A stretch of DNA of 59,741 nt, counting the filler, from Basidioascus undulatus (lineage: Eukaryota), in assembly GCA_000826855.1 (NCBI GenBank). It is 8 parts of 8 records of this genome, joined end to end, with 100 filler letters (N's around TTAATTAATTAA, not from the genome) between each part and the next. Parts side by side here need not be neighbours in the genome. Positions count along the whole stretch, not along the records: positions 1 to 9,646 come from JTLS01001621.1; positions 9,747 to 16,810 come from JTLS01001623.1; 6 more parts are not named here. One strand, 5' to 3'. Below are positions 1-12,238 of this stretch, piece by piece. Below the pieces are notes generated by a model. It worked only from the letters and a program-made list of their open reading frames with translations, made no database searches and was not told the DNA's origin. Numbering within the stretch: the first letter of the stretch is position 1; every line of letters starts with the position of its first letter. The position numbers were made by a program, and so were the translations under genes.

Positions 1-37
1 ACGATAGGTTACTGAAGTTTTTTTTTTTTTTTGGCAG

Positions 38-1837
38 CCCGAGCCTGTGCCCTTCCGGCACTCCAAGCTCACAGAGCTTTTCCAGTCGTTCTTCGTGGGC
101 GACGGGAAGGCGGTGAGTTCCTCTAACCTCACCATACGTTCGTTCGAATCACACCCGCTGACCTCGATGGTCCGCTAGGTGATGATGGTCCACTGCAACC
201 CGTACGACACCTCGTATGAGGAGAACTCGCACGTGATGAAATTCTCTGCCGTCGCGCGGGACGTGACGGTGCTTGCGCGCCCGCCGCCCATGCCGAACAG
301 CATGCTCCCGCGGCGCGTGCCGACGTTCAAGGGCGCCCTGCGCGCCATCCGCGAGGGCGCGGGCGCGCTCGGCGGCGGGTCCACGCCGAGGAAGCCGGCT
401 GCTGCTCCGTCGGCGACGGCGACGGCGGCGCGTGCGAAGGCTGGGTCGACCGCGAACGGGCTGAAGGACCGGTTTGTGAATGTGGAGGTGGGGGACGTGT
501 CGGTTGCTATGCAGGACGGTGAGTCGTTCGGGAGGGGGGCAGGGGTGGTGCGATGGAGAGCTGATGAGTTGGAGGAGCGAACAGAGCCGGACACGGACAC
601 GGAGGATGATGGGTCGGACGAGACGGTCGTCGCTGCTGTTGCGCCGGAGGAGAAGGCCGAGGACGAAGACGAGTCGGACGACGAGCGCGATCCCTTCACC
701 GAGTTCCTCTTTGCCGAGCTGCAGGAGATGAAGCAGAAGGTGCGTCCTGCCGCTCCGTCCGCCTGCGGTTTCGAAGTGGCTGATGGGGGAGAGCGGTACA
801 GTGGATCGAAGCCGAGATGCGCTGCGCCGAGATCGAGGCGCTTGTGCGCGAGGAGTGCGCGGAGCAGATGCGCGAGGCGCTGAGGAAGCAAGAGGCGGAG
901 TGGGCAGAGCGCTTGCAGGACGAGGTGTGTTTCTTTCTTCTCCCCTCCTTCCTTCCCTTTCTACATAGACGAAGTGCCAATGCAATTCGTTTGCTCCCAC
1001 GCAGGCCGAACAAAACGAGATCAACACGAACCGCAAGATCGAGCTCGTCAACCAGCTGCATGCTGCTGCCGAGCGCAGGCGGCTTGCGGAGGAGGCTGCG
1101 GAGGCGGAAGAGGAGGCGAGCGAGGAGGAGGTCGAGGTGGAAGCGGAGCTGGATGAGGTGCGTCGCGGTTGGGCATTATTCCCCTACCCTTATGCGGCCT
1201 TGGCTAATCGGCTCGGGCTTCCACAGAACCCCTCTGCCTCGCGCGAGCCTTCCGTTCAGCCCGAGTCTCTTGCGTCCGCGTCTGAGCCCGAGTCGGAGAC
1301 TGAGAAGCCAGAGGAGGAGAGAGACGACGACGACGAAGATGACGATGACGATGTGTATGACTCCGCCGCCGAAGCGCATGACGACGACGACGACGAAGAC
1401 GAGTTCGAGCAGACGCCGACGAAGGCCGAGCCCCGGTCGTCGCGCCCCAAGCGCTCGAGCGTCAAGGTTGTCCCCCTTGCTGCCCCCGCGCCCCACCCTT
1501 CGCGCGCAGCAAAGAAGAAGTCGAGCGTCGCGACGGCGCCTATGCCTGAGCACGATGAGAACGAGGAGCCCGAGGAGCCGGTCGCGCCTGCGGAGGAGAA
1601 GAAGAAGAAGCGGTGCGTCCCTTTGCTTCCCCATCTCCTCCCCTCTTCCCCAACTTCTTTGTGGAAGCTGACAGTGTGTGTTCTGTGCCGAGCAGCAAGA
1701 TCCCCAGTGCCAAGGCGGTGCCTGTGCTTGACGAGGAGGAGATCGAGCGGCGCGCGACAAAGGCCGCTGCGCCTGCGCCGTCGGGCACGGGCCCAGTGCG
1801 GCGGATGGCGACGAGGTCGAGCAAGATCACGGGCTGA
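38..1837 (+). CDS. Kinesin (probably kinesin-6 type), 3' part: end of motor domain plus coiled-coil and acidic tail; spliced, 5' truncated by contig edge
   Basis: Exon 38-112 reads PEPVPFRHSKLTELFQSFFVGDGKA. After a GTGAGT..CTAG intron (113-178) it continues VMMVHCNPYDTSYEENSHVMKFSAVAR, the classic kinesin motor C-terminus. Last exon ends TGA at 1837. Confidence 0.85.
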
Positions 1838-3726
1838 GGGAGGGTTTCTGTAGACGATACGACACGTTGGGACGGGGCCGGCTGGACTTTTTGCATAGTG
1901 CATTGTGAACACGCTTTCTTCGATTTTCATTTGCTTATTGATTGCTTGGCTATGCTTCACATTGCGTTTGGACTGCGACTTGCCCGTAAAGACAGATGAG
2001 GCTGCTTGGGTGCGACACTCACGGTACACAGCGAAGACTGCACAGATTCTTCCGCAATAAACTGACAGATTGACCGTACATCAAGGATACAGGGCGGGCC
2101 TGGTGGATGCACGCCGCGCGTCCTTTGGCGGGCGGACCTGGTCTATATCCTGGCACTGGCTCGTCCCCTTGCTTGTGCTTCTATCCTCTGCGTACCCTAC
2201 AAGTCAAGCGCGCGCGGTTGGATCGGACGAGACTGCGTATAGTGGTAAATTCAGCTCGTACTTCGCCATAGTTAGCCCAATATTAAGCCCATTTGTGCTT
2301 CAATGACACTTCGCTTGACGCAGTTGTTCGCCAACGTTATTATCCACGATTGGAGAACTCAATCACGCCTTGACCACTCTTTCAACGTCCTCTTCATCGT
2401 GGTCTTCTCGTGACAGTGTGGGCTCCGCACTGACTTTTTCACCGACATCCCCACAGAGCAAACGCTTCCGACGAGGAGCCCAGTCCCGCATACCTCCCGC
2501 CACCGCCCAACCCCGTCCTCGGAGGGCGTTCGCATACTGCAAGACCTTTCCGTTCAGGATAGCATGAACGTGTCGAAGCTCGAGCCGTGAGGCTAGGAAT
2601 GTTAAAAAGTCGTTCTGGCCCATGACATCCGAGCTCGCCAACAGCGACGAATGTTGGGAACCCCGCTCTTTTTCACATGAACATGTGTGGGATGACGGTA
2701 CTTCGATGCAATCGTAGGGAAAGAACCCACGCTGGGAATCCAACTTCGAAGAGCTTCCCATAATTTCTAGAGCACTGCACGGCAGGAACTGTGCAGCCCC
2801 TGTGTAACTGAGCAACGATATAGTAATAGCGCTCTGCCAGCTGGTATGAGTGTTGTTCTCGGGCTGGCTTGGGCAGACAGGATGGTGCAAGATGCGGTGG
2901 TATTGAGAGTCCGTGACCACTGCGTACTGCCAGGCTGTAGACCAGCACTCCTTTCATTCTGCAGTCTACCTACCCATTGGACAGCACCTCGCCGGCGCCC
3001 ACCTTCGTCGACGGTTGGTGCTGCAAGATCTCTATCTCATCCGCGGCATGCGGGATTAGACAGGAAGGTGGGGGCCGCCGGCAAATTCATGTGCAACAGC
3101 AACACACGCTTGGCGCATTTCTTTGTAGAGCGCAGCTGCTGTTAGCCAACGGGGTGCATTGAGAGTTGCGCAACGCACCCAGCACGTCCCATACACGTCC
3201 CCGAATTGCCTGGTGTGCAACGATCAGTAATGGTCTCATAAACCATGGTCGACAGCCTGGCTGTTGCCTCTCCTGATTCTCATCGTATCCCCGGCGACGG
3301 GAAGTATGAACTTGAGTTTAATAGTCAAAGTGCGGGAATGTGCGCAAAGAGCGGTTGGCTACACGTGAAAATGAACGGGACCACCCTGCGGAGGGAAGTG
3401 GACATTCGACGTCCGCTATTCAACATCCGCTGCACGTATGATGTAGTTTCAGTCCGATGCACAAATCTCGGGGGATTAGCACGGGGGTCGACTACATTCC
3501 GCCGTCGCGGCAACGGAGGTCCACTCCCGCGAGCTTCCTCACGCCGGAGCTCGAAGAACTTCGCGCGACCTTGCGCGACCATCTGTATTCCTTCCCAGAA
3601 TTCTTGTTGTACCTACCTGTACCTCAATCGCGCGTCTGCCTCGAGGCCCGTCGGTTCTTGCCGAACCGTAGAGCAACGCCGTGTTGCGGACGCACTTCTC
3701 GTCTCCACCACTCTCATCTCATCACA

Positions 3727-5570
3727 ATGGACTACTCCACGTTCGATCCAGCTGCAAGTTACGGACCATACCTCTTAGGGATGATCTGTAATTCCGTGCT
3801 CTTGGGGGCTCTGATGAGCTCAATTGCGCGTTTCATTCATGGTACGAAGATGATCGCATCATGGAATTTGGAACGCCTGGTGACTGTTCGTCACGCCAGA
3901 CTACTCGAATAATCGCATCTTCATTGGAGTGTCTTTGGCAATGCTGCTCTTCCTATGGTCAATTCACCTACATAAACACGATCTCAATCTTAGGCTGATG
4001 CATGTCCTCGTTTTCCAGCTTGCACTACGCGATTTCCATCTTCATCGTATGGAGCCTGTTGGTATCAAGAGGTGCGCATGAGCAGACTGCCCATCGAAGC
4101 GAAGCTGATCCATGGGTTGAGCAGATATAATGCACCACTTTTGGGCGTACGGCTTGCTGATCCTCTCTGGTGGTGTTGTAACCGCAATCGTTCAAGTTCG
4201 TTGACTCTCCTTCAAGTTTCTCCCGCCTGTGACTGACAGCTCGGTTTTACTCCATGAAACAGACTGTCTACGCCGTCAGGTGCTGGCGGGTGGGTGCTCC
4301 TTTAGCCGCATAGATGAGACGTACTCTGAAAAGGCCTCCTCCCGATTCGATACACTCCAGGCTCTAAAGCAAAGTATCATAGCAGGCCTCTTCTTCGCTC
4401 TGGCCGTGGTTGCATGCCTTATTTTCAACTTCATAGCGGGCATCATAGCCTGCCTTGGAAAATACTCGGTGAGCGTTGGAGTGTCCACTTTCGATGACAA
4501 GAAGCTGAATCTTGCACCGGCTCGTCACAGCCAACGTCCTTCGGCACTGGCGGCGTAGCAGACTGGACGACGACCGCAACGTACTCGAGCGTGCTAGGTG
4601 TGTCGACACTCGGCCTATCGTCCGCTTCCAGAGGCTCACACTCTGGCTTGCAGTAACCGATGTGGGCCTTGCAGCGGTCATGGCTTGGTATCTCATGAAA
4701 AGCAAGACTGGCTTCCGGCAGACGGTGAGCGCATTTTCCCCACTTAGCAGCACCGGACGTGAAAGCTTACCTTTACGATGATCACATCCAGGACGGCGTC
4801 TTGTGTGCGTTCGTTGCTTGTCAAGTCTATAGTTCTGCTTCGCTCGCGAGGCTGACAGGTTGTTCGGGAGCAGACGCACTGCTACGAATGATGCTCGAAA
4901 GCGCCTTCGCAGTAGCATTGTGCGCCTTGATGCAGCTCGTGATGTACCGGTGAGTACAACCTCGACCTCGCATTCTGAGGCTTTCCGCATGGGATACTGA
5001 CGCTGGCCTAACAGCCTGATTTCGGCCAAGAACCAAAGGTCCTTCCGTCGACTTAAATCGTTTCAAACAGAACCTGTCGTCCTTACGTTCCACGCATTTC
5101 AGCTTCACTTTCTTCGCTCTGGTATTCCCGTGCACGTACGGCCATTCGCTCATTTACACACTCCAATCGTACGTCTGTTCCAGGCCCGCCCTGGCCTCAC
5201 CGGCGTTACCCCCACTAACATCGCGTCTCTCGTCTCGCAGTCGTGCTGACTTCCGCGACATGCTCGGCCAACACGGGGACAGCTCCCAGCCGGACTCGAA
5301 GAGCCGCTCGCGCTTGCGCAGCGCTGCGCCGACGTCCGGAACGCGCAGCTTCGCGGACCGCGTGCGCTCGACGGTTTCCAAGCCGCATCACGTACGTGAA
5401 TTGTGCAGCAGATTCTGCATTCATCGGCATTGCCACGGGACAAACAGGTTGACAATGCCAAGCAATGCTCAATATCACCGACGCCAAAGGCAGCCGGGCG
5501 TTGGAAGGGCTGACAGTCTCGGAGTACTGCAGCCGTCTGCGGTGTACCGTCCGTCCCATGTCATGCCTTT
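3727..5570 (+). CDS. Multi-pass membrane protein of basidiomycete DUF6534 type, many short exons; 3' end approximate
   Basis: Starts MDYSTFDPAASYGPYLLGMICNSVLLGALMSSIARF. Later exons give LWLAVTDVGLAAVMAWYLMKSKTGFRQT, DALLRMMLESAFAVALCALMQLVMY and TYGHSLIYTLQS|RADFR, matching the G-P-x-L-x-G ... D..I...L...KTGF..T ... Y.NSL...LNSR pattern of this family. Confidence 0.7.
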
Positions 5571-5860
5571 AGCGTCTCCAAGGCGACGCAGAATTTGGGG
5601 TTACTCGACGTCCTTGCATGTGGACGGTTGGCATTGTCTCATCCGATTCAAGTACAGCAAATAGGGGACTTCGCCCTGGCTTTCAGCACAAGTTGGTCGC
5701 ATCACCCATCATCTACCATGCTGGCGAGTGCTCGCACCCGCTCTCGTCGCGCGGCAAGAACACTTCCCGCACTGCTGTTAACACAGTTTCAAAAGGGTAT
5801 AATGCGTGTCAAGCAAGCACAAACAACCAAAATACCTCGCCCGCCCGCGGCCGCGTCGCA

Positions 5861-6846
5861 TCAGAACGCCCTGTACCCCGCGCTCGTGTGAGACCGCGCA
5901 CCCCATCTGAGCTCGCGGATGAAGGATGGAGGAGCGTACCGCTTATGGACGATATCCGGGTCCTCCTGGAACGCCTCGGCGGAGATCCACATCTGTTTTC
6001 CCACATCCACACCCGGGTCTATCAACGTCACGCACCGCGAGAAGAAAAGAGGGGAGAAGGAAGAAGAGGAAAAGGTAGCAGCGAGGAGAAAGTTGCGCAC
6101 CTTCTTGAACGTGCTCAAGCCCGCGAGGATGGACCCTCCGATCCAGGTCGAGTACTTGCGCTCGGGGGGCGCGTAGATCTTGATCTTGACGTCCTTGAGC
6201 GCGAGACGCTTGACCTCGTGCAGGAGGCGGTCGCCGAAACCTGTGGTCGCCAACCCACCAGCACACTGAGTATCCCAACCGGAAAACGAAGGAAGGGAAC
6301 GACATGAAAAGGGAAGGGGATAGATGAGAAGGCGCACCCTTCGTCAGCGTGCTCCCGCCTGAGAGGATGACGTTCCCAAACAGGCTCTTGCGCAGGTCGA
6401 GGTCCGCGCGGTTGATGCTGTCCACGACGACCTGGTGCACGCCCGCGTCCTCCTGCCCGATCCGCTCGGGGTCGAACAGGATTTCGGGCGCTTGGAAGCG
6501 CTCGCGGCCGAGCTGTCGCGCACGCACGCCAACTAAAGCGTTCAGCATCCTTGCCAAGCCAGACGGAAAGTACAGCGGGAACGAAACGAAGGAGGGACAG
6601 AGGGAGGGAAGTAGAGAAGGAAGGAGGAAAGGAAACCGCACCTTGACCGTGTTCCCATCTGGGAGCTTGAAGTCCTCCGTCCTCCCCGCCTCCGCCCGGC
6701 TCGCCGCGTCCTTCTCCTCCTTGTGCGGGTTGAGCGCGACGTAGCAGCACTTTTCCTTGATGCTGCGCACGATCTCGAGCTCTGCGGACGTCGAGAGGTT
6801 GTGTCCTGCCCGGCGGAGCAGGAGTTGGAGGTGGGAGGTCACGTCG
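5861..6846 (-). CDS. ARP1: Actin-related protein Arp1 (centractin), C-terminal half only
   Basis: Spliced minus-strand exons read [147 protein letters not shown] and [12 protein letters not shown] are Arp1-like. Confidence 0.9.
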
Positions 6847-6914
6847 CTGTTGCCCCAGCCAGGGGGTCAGCGCTGTGTGCGAAAGAGTGGAGGGGGAGGG
6901 AGAAGGGGACGAAC

Positions 6915-6949
6915 GGGTAGTAAGTGGAGGTGGAGAAGAACTTGACCAT
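6915..6949 (-). CDS. Short non-actin first exon MVKFFSTSTYYP that splices in frame to the Arp1 half
   Basis: ATG at 6949, donor GTTCGT at 6914, branch GCTGAC, acceptor CAG at 6847 (68-nt intron). The junction CC|C GAC GTG keeps the frame. Confidence 0.5.
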
Positions 6950-7854
6950 CTTGAAGGAGGGTAGGTGGGGGGAAGTGGGGAAACTGCGAGGGTGGGTGTC
7001 AGTGTTGGAGCGCACTGCGGTCGGGAGACGGGAAGCGGCGGGTTGTCGGCTGCTGGTCCATCTCCATCCCCCGCCGCCCCGAGCCGATGCTGATAAGCTA
7101 CCTTACACACTGTCAAGGTCCGTTTAATTCGTGCGCTACAGCGCGCGCGCAGCTATCCGCTGGCGACGAGATCCCAGGTGGTGTGTGTAGACGACACTGG
7201 TCCTCACAGCAGATACGGCTGGTCGGGGTGTGGGGAGCCGCTTTCGTGAGATAGTGCTAGGTGGATGGGGACGATGATGATGAATGGAGAGAAACTTGTG
7301 AGAACTCCGTCGACCGCTCTGTGTCGAACGAGGAGAATGGACGAGAAGGGCGGTCAGACGATCAGGAAGTTGGGTGCGTGAGAATGCGCGAAGACACGGA
7401 TTCTAGAACTGTCGTGACTAGTGAAGGAAGTAGGTAGGGCTGTCGGCGACCGGCGTAAAGCCGAGCGGTTTGCATCCGCTGGAGGGGGGTGGGGCGGCAA
7501 ACAAGGATACGAAGGAAAGCGGTGGGAGGTAAAAACTGAACTTGTTTTGAGTAGCTTTGCCTCTTTTAGTAGAAGTCATGTATGTATATTGGTAGGAATG
7601 AGCGAAGAAAGGTGATTGGGAAGAAGGGGAGCAGCCAGGGAGGGTGACGTTGACGCTGACACTCAGACATCTGACTGCCCCGCGTGCGCGTCACGTCCCC
7701 GCGTCCAGCGTGTCCACGCTGCTCATCTCCCTGCCTTTCCTCGTCCCATCACCATGCTCACATCTTCCCCACCCCACTGACCTCTCCCACCCATTCAACC
7801 CTCTACTTTTCCCTACTAACCCCCATATCGATCGATCGAACTCTAGTCGCCAAC

Positions 7855-9520
7855 ATGTACTGGCCAACCGGCACAGCAACCACCCTCCTCCTCTCCTCGA
7901 CCACCGTTCCCCTCCCTCCCACTACTTCCTCCTCCCCACCCCCTCTCAAGCCGCTCCTATCCTTACGACGAAACCGCGCCGGAACGCTCTTCGCTACGCT
8001 GGGCGAGGACGAGGTCGTCTTGTGGAATGCCCGGGTGTGTTTCCGGGTGGGGAGGGGGGAGGAAGCTGGGACGGGGGACTGATGCTGGGTGGGATGCGGC
8101 GGGGGGGGGGACAGCCGAAAGTGGCGGTTGCGAAGGTCCATCGGACGAGGAGGAGCTTGGAGGCGTATGGCGTGAATGCGAAGATCCATTTGAAGCCGGA
8201 CTCGAGCGTGCTGGTTATTGAGGTGCGCTCCTCCTGCTTTCCCTCCCACTACCCTGCTGCGTGCTCACCTCTCCCCATCCCACCCCCTCTCTCAACTTCA
8301 CCACGCTCCCTCCACTTCTCTTCCTCCCTCTCGGTCACCTCGTGCCTCTTCCTCCCCGTCCTTCTTCTCGGGATCGGAGATCTGCAGACCGACCTCGGCT
8401 ACCTCCTCACCTACTCCCTCAACCCCGTCCCGCACTCCTCCGCCTACCGGCACGCACCCTCCTCCTCCACGCGGGGCACCTTCCTCCCCGGCGCGGGCGC
8501 GGGGCGCGCCGTGCCCTTGTGGGAGATGCGGTTCCGGGTCGTGATTAAGGTTGAGGGTGGGGTGCAGTGGTGCGTTGCTTTCTCCTATCTCCCCCCCTCT
8601 CAAACACACCTACCCCCCTCCCCACCCGATGAGATCCCTAACTGAGGAAGTGGGGAATAAAACAGCGCCCTAGCCACAGACGCCTTTCTCCTCGTCTCCA
8701 CGCCCGGCTCAGGCCCGGCAATGCACGTCCTCGCGTGGGACCACAGTGTCCCCGCGCTCGAGACACCGCTTGCGCGGTTGGAGTGGGTCGTGGATCCGGA
8801 GGGTCCGTTGTTCCTCCGGCCTCTTTCCTTCCTCTCTCTAGACGGAAGACTGAGATGTGTGGGGCGCGGAATAGCGGCGGTTACGAGCATGGCGTACGAC
8901 AGGAAGATGGACCTGTACGTGTGGCTCACGGCCGACGGGCGGGCGTACGCGGTCGGGAAGTCCGGGGCTATTCCGTCCACCTCAACATCCACCGAGGTGC
9001 GTCTCAACCCCCACTCCCCTTCCCTCGTTTCTCCCACCCTACCCCTATTCTTTCCATCCTCGTTACTGATGAGAGTTCCCTACTCGGCGACAGCCCGACA
9101 CCAAAGCCTCCCGACATCCGCCCACCTGGACAGGAACCGTCTTCCACCCGCCACCATCCCCCAACTCCTCCGCCTCCGCCTCCGCTGAGCCGGAGTCAGT
9201 CGAGCACCCCGCAACGCACGTCTCCCTCTCCCCTTCTTTCTCGCTCATAGCGCTTGGGTCATCCACGTGCGTTCCTACCTCCTCCTCCCACTTCCTAACT
9301 TCCCATCCCTCCCCTCCGCCCTTCCCACTAACCTTCCTCCCCTTCCCTAACCCCACCGACCCACGCCTCAAACAGCGGCAACACCACGATCTACCACCTC
9401 ACCTCCCCGCACTCGACCCCCTCGCTTTCTCACGTGCTCGCCCCCCCGCGCTCGCAGCTGGGGAGGACGACCGCCCTGAGCTGGACGGCGGACGGGTACG
9501 CGCTCGCGCAGGGATGGGAG
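7855..9520 (+). CDS. RIC1: RIC1 (Ric1-Rgp1 Rab6/Ypt6 GEF subunit), N-terminal WD40-like region; 3' truncated
   Basis: MYWPTG start; GTLFATLGEDEVVLWNAR|PKVAVAKVHRTRRSLEAYGVNAKIHLKPDSSVLVIE|TDLGYLLTYSL; later LSWTADGYALAQGWE. This matches the fungal Ric1 N-terminus. Confidence 0.8.
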
Positions 9521-9636
9521 GGAAGAGGAAGGGGGATAGGGAAGGAGGGGGAGAGGAAGGAAGCACGCACTTTTCCATCTTCCTCAACTTCTTCTGGACC
9601 TCCTTCTTCTCCTGCTCCCCGCCACGTCGCCAGTAC

Positions 9637-9646
9637 AGATCGGAAG
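9637..9646 (+). other. Illumina adapter remnant AGATCGGAAG at contig end
   Basis: Exact match to the first 10 nt of the TruSeq adapter read-through sequence, immediately before the N linker. Confidence 0.75.
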
Positions 9647-9746
9647 NNNNNNNNNNNNNNNNNNNNNNNNNNNNNNNNNNNNNNNNNNNNTTAATTAATT
9701 AANNNNNNNNNNNNNNNNNNNNNNNNNNNNNNNNNNNNNNNNNNNN
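9647..9746. other. Artificial contig linker N44-TTAATTAATTAA-N44 (same linker at 16811-16910, 23975-24074, 31135-31234, 38293-38392, 45449-45548, 52597-52696)
   Basis: Seven identical 100-nt spacers with a six-frame stop core. Confidence 0.99.
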
Positions 9747-11142
9747 GGTAAGGTCCTCCGACTCATCAGTCCCCAGCAACTAGTTCGTGTTCCTGAGGCA
9801 ATCATTTATTTATAGGTATCGAATTCACACACTACCCAGGTGATCGACGACCTCGACTTGCTTCGCGTCGATCCCAAGGCGCTGAGCTCGGCTATCGATG
9901 ATGACCTTCAAACTCACGATACGACTCTCAGCCCCGGTGCGGCATTCCTCGAGCTGCTATGTCTGCTCCAAGAGCAGCACCTTGTGTACAGCTGAGCTGG
10001 TGACGCGTTTCGCAAATTAAAGCGCGCGTGTTCGCACGGGCGCGAGGAAGCTTTGGGAGCGCTGGAGAGGGACACGAACTCTGCTTGGAAGTTGCCAATG
10101 CGTTGGAAGGGCTACGATGGCTGGTAAGCACAATTCTGTAGAACGAGGAAATCCGCGACGGGGAACAGTGCCCCGCGCGGGGCCTTAGGTGAAGCCATGC
10201 GCCTCTCCGTCGCGATGAAGTCTTGCATCAACAGGGGCTGTGTATTAATTGTCGTGATTATGCACACATGAGATATCGAAAGGTAAGGTGACCTGGAACA
10301 TGTACTGAGCCGAGTACCGGAAGTCGGGAAGACGGGCCAATGCCTGCTGAGCTACCCGGAGCAGGCATCGACCCTCATGTCCCCTCTCGTCGTGAATTGG
10401 CCGCCACGTCTCTTTCGTTTCGTCCTCAGGGATCACTGGGCGCCTGGAGAAAGTGTTTGTAAGTGTTCGTGTTCATGTGTTTAACACACCAAGAAGAAGC
10501 GTTGACGGTCGACGATCTCATCTCAGCAACGGGACCCCACGGAGCGCCTTATATCGACGAGCATTCCCTCGACTGCCTCGCGGCCCTCGAGGTCATGTAT
10601 GTCCCTATGGGTCACTCTTTCCCATTCTTACAAGCTTCTCTTACCTCGCCTCGGCAGTGAAAACATCCTGACGACCCTCACTTGTCTTAACCTTGACCGC
10701 CGTTTGTCGGCCTTCGTTGCGGACGCCCAACGCACCGGGCAGCTTGAACCTCTACAGGAGGTCTTCTTCGTTCCACGGAGTGCGTGGTGCTCGGAAGGGA
10801 GGTGTGCGAGCGGGGGCACGGCGCGCGAGCGGGGAGGCGGGGGATGATGACTCTGGATGTGCAGTATGAGTCCACGCTCGCGCTCCTCCCAGCTATGTCC
10901 CAGTTCTTATAGATGATAGAAGACATATCCAATGCCGGTCTTTTCTCACATACATATGAGTCCACTCGAACGTGACTGCTCAGCGTCTTCGGCACTCCGG
11001 TCTGCCGAGCTCGAAGCTCTCAACTTGTCCTATCAACACCACTAACTAACATGCTCCAGGAACAACGAACAAAATAAAGGCAAAGAAAGGAGCGGTTGAA
11101 CGGACTCGTATGCCATTTCCATTGAGCAAGTGGCAAAAACTG

Positions 11143-11228
11143 TGCTTCGTGCGAGGGTCGAACTCGCGACCTGCGCATTACAGTTTGCCACATAAGTACG
11201 CCGCTACTACCATCTGAGCTAACGAAGC
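11143..11228 (-). tRNA. tRNA-Ile(UAU) with 12-nt intron
   Basis: Minus strand: GCTTCGT TA GCTCAGATGGTAGTAGC G GCGTA CTTATG [tggcaaactgta] A TGCGC AGGTC GCGAG TTCGACC CTCGC ACGAAGC A. Acceptor and T stems are perfect, and a TTTTT Pol III terminator follows. Confidence 0.88.
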
Positions 11229-12238
11229 TGTTGAAACTGATTCACACTGTACAGCTGTACCTACGATGTCGCAGTGAGGCTCCGCGGGAGCGGACAGTGG
11301 CAAACTGGGCGATGTCACTGTGAATCAGTCCTTTAAGATGAATAGCTTCTCAGAAAGGTTTATTTTTACATGAATGTGGCTCACCTGCCGTAAAACAGCT
11401 ACAAATGCGTACGCGACTCACCCAGAGGACCGCGCTAGTCCGACTATCCCAACTTAGCTGAGCGGGACCGAATGCACAGCAAATCATGGAAGCGAGTGTA
11501 CACTTCTTCTATGAAAGATTACCGGCTATAACATCAGAGTCGTCGTGGTCATGTGCCGTTTCAGCGCTTTCAGGGTGAAAGAACGAGTCGTATGAATGGA
11601 AGCGAGATGAACGGTTGACGGCAAGCAGGAGTGTCCATGCAGTGAGAGTGGACTGAAGAAGTCGGGCCGAAATGAGAAATGCTGGTCGTCTAGCTTTCCA
11701 CAACTATTACCACCTCGATGCTGCGATCCGCGCTGTGCTCAAGTCCGGAAAGGGTTCTCGGCTCGTCGACCTCCTGAACCACTTTGACTATTCACGAGCT
11801 TCGTACTTCCCTATTGGTTAACTATCTTGTGATGCGAGGGTCACCAGTTCGATCCTGGCACGGAACATGCTGCCCTCCGGAGCAGGCTGACAGGTGACAC
11901 GGCGGTCCGCGCAGCTACAGTGCAGAAAGGCACTTCTCAACAGGCGCGCACATAATGTGCCATTACGATCTATCACAAGTGTCACAGTCACGCCGGCGGG
12001 TTGTGTTGTAAAAGTCACGCATCACAGGAGGTCAGTTGCAATCTGTGAGCATGTAAAGCACCGTAATGAGGTGCCCAAGCACTCGTGTTACACAGCATAT
12101 ACACCCATATTAATGCATACTAACATTGTCATCTAGTTTCTCTTATAGTCATATTTCCACCAGCTAACCTGAGAGCCCTGACACCGCCAGTCTTCTGAAA
12201 CCACGGCACAGCCTAAACTCCATTGCTCATCCAAAAAA

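Noticed and set aside
149..1760. Long antisense and alternative-frame ORFs over GC-rich genes (also at 53264-55549 and 58481-59688)
   Set aside because: Shadow ORFs caused by high GC3 codon bias; Arg/Pro/Ala-rich with no motifs.
9691..9702. Recurrent TTAATTAATTAA at ~7.1-kb spacing as a biological repeat or CRISPR-like array
   Set aside because: Always embedded in identical N44 flanks; it is a synthetic six-frame stop linker.
11181..11329. Two 11-bp inverted matches near the tRNA (cagtttgccac/gtggcaaactg; actgattcaca/tgtgaatcagt)
   Set aside because: Short and crossing rather than nested, with no target-site duplication; cannot be distinguished from chance.
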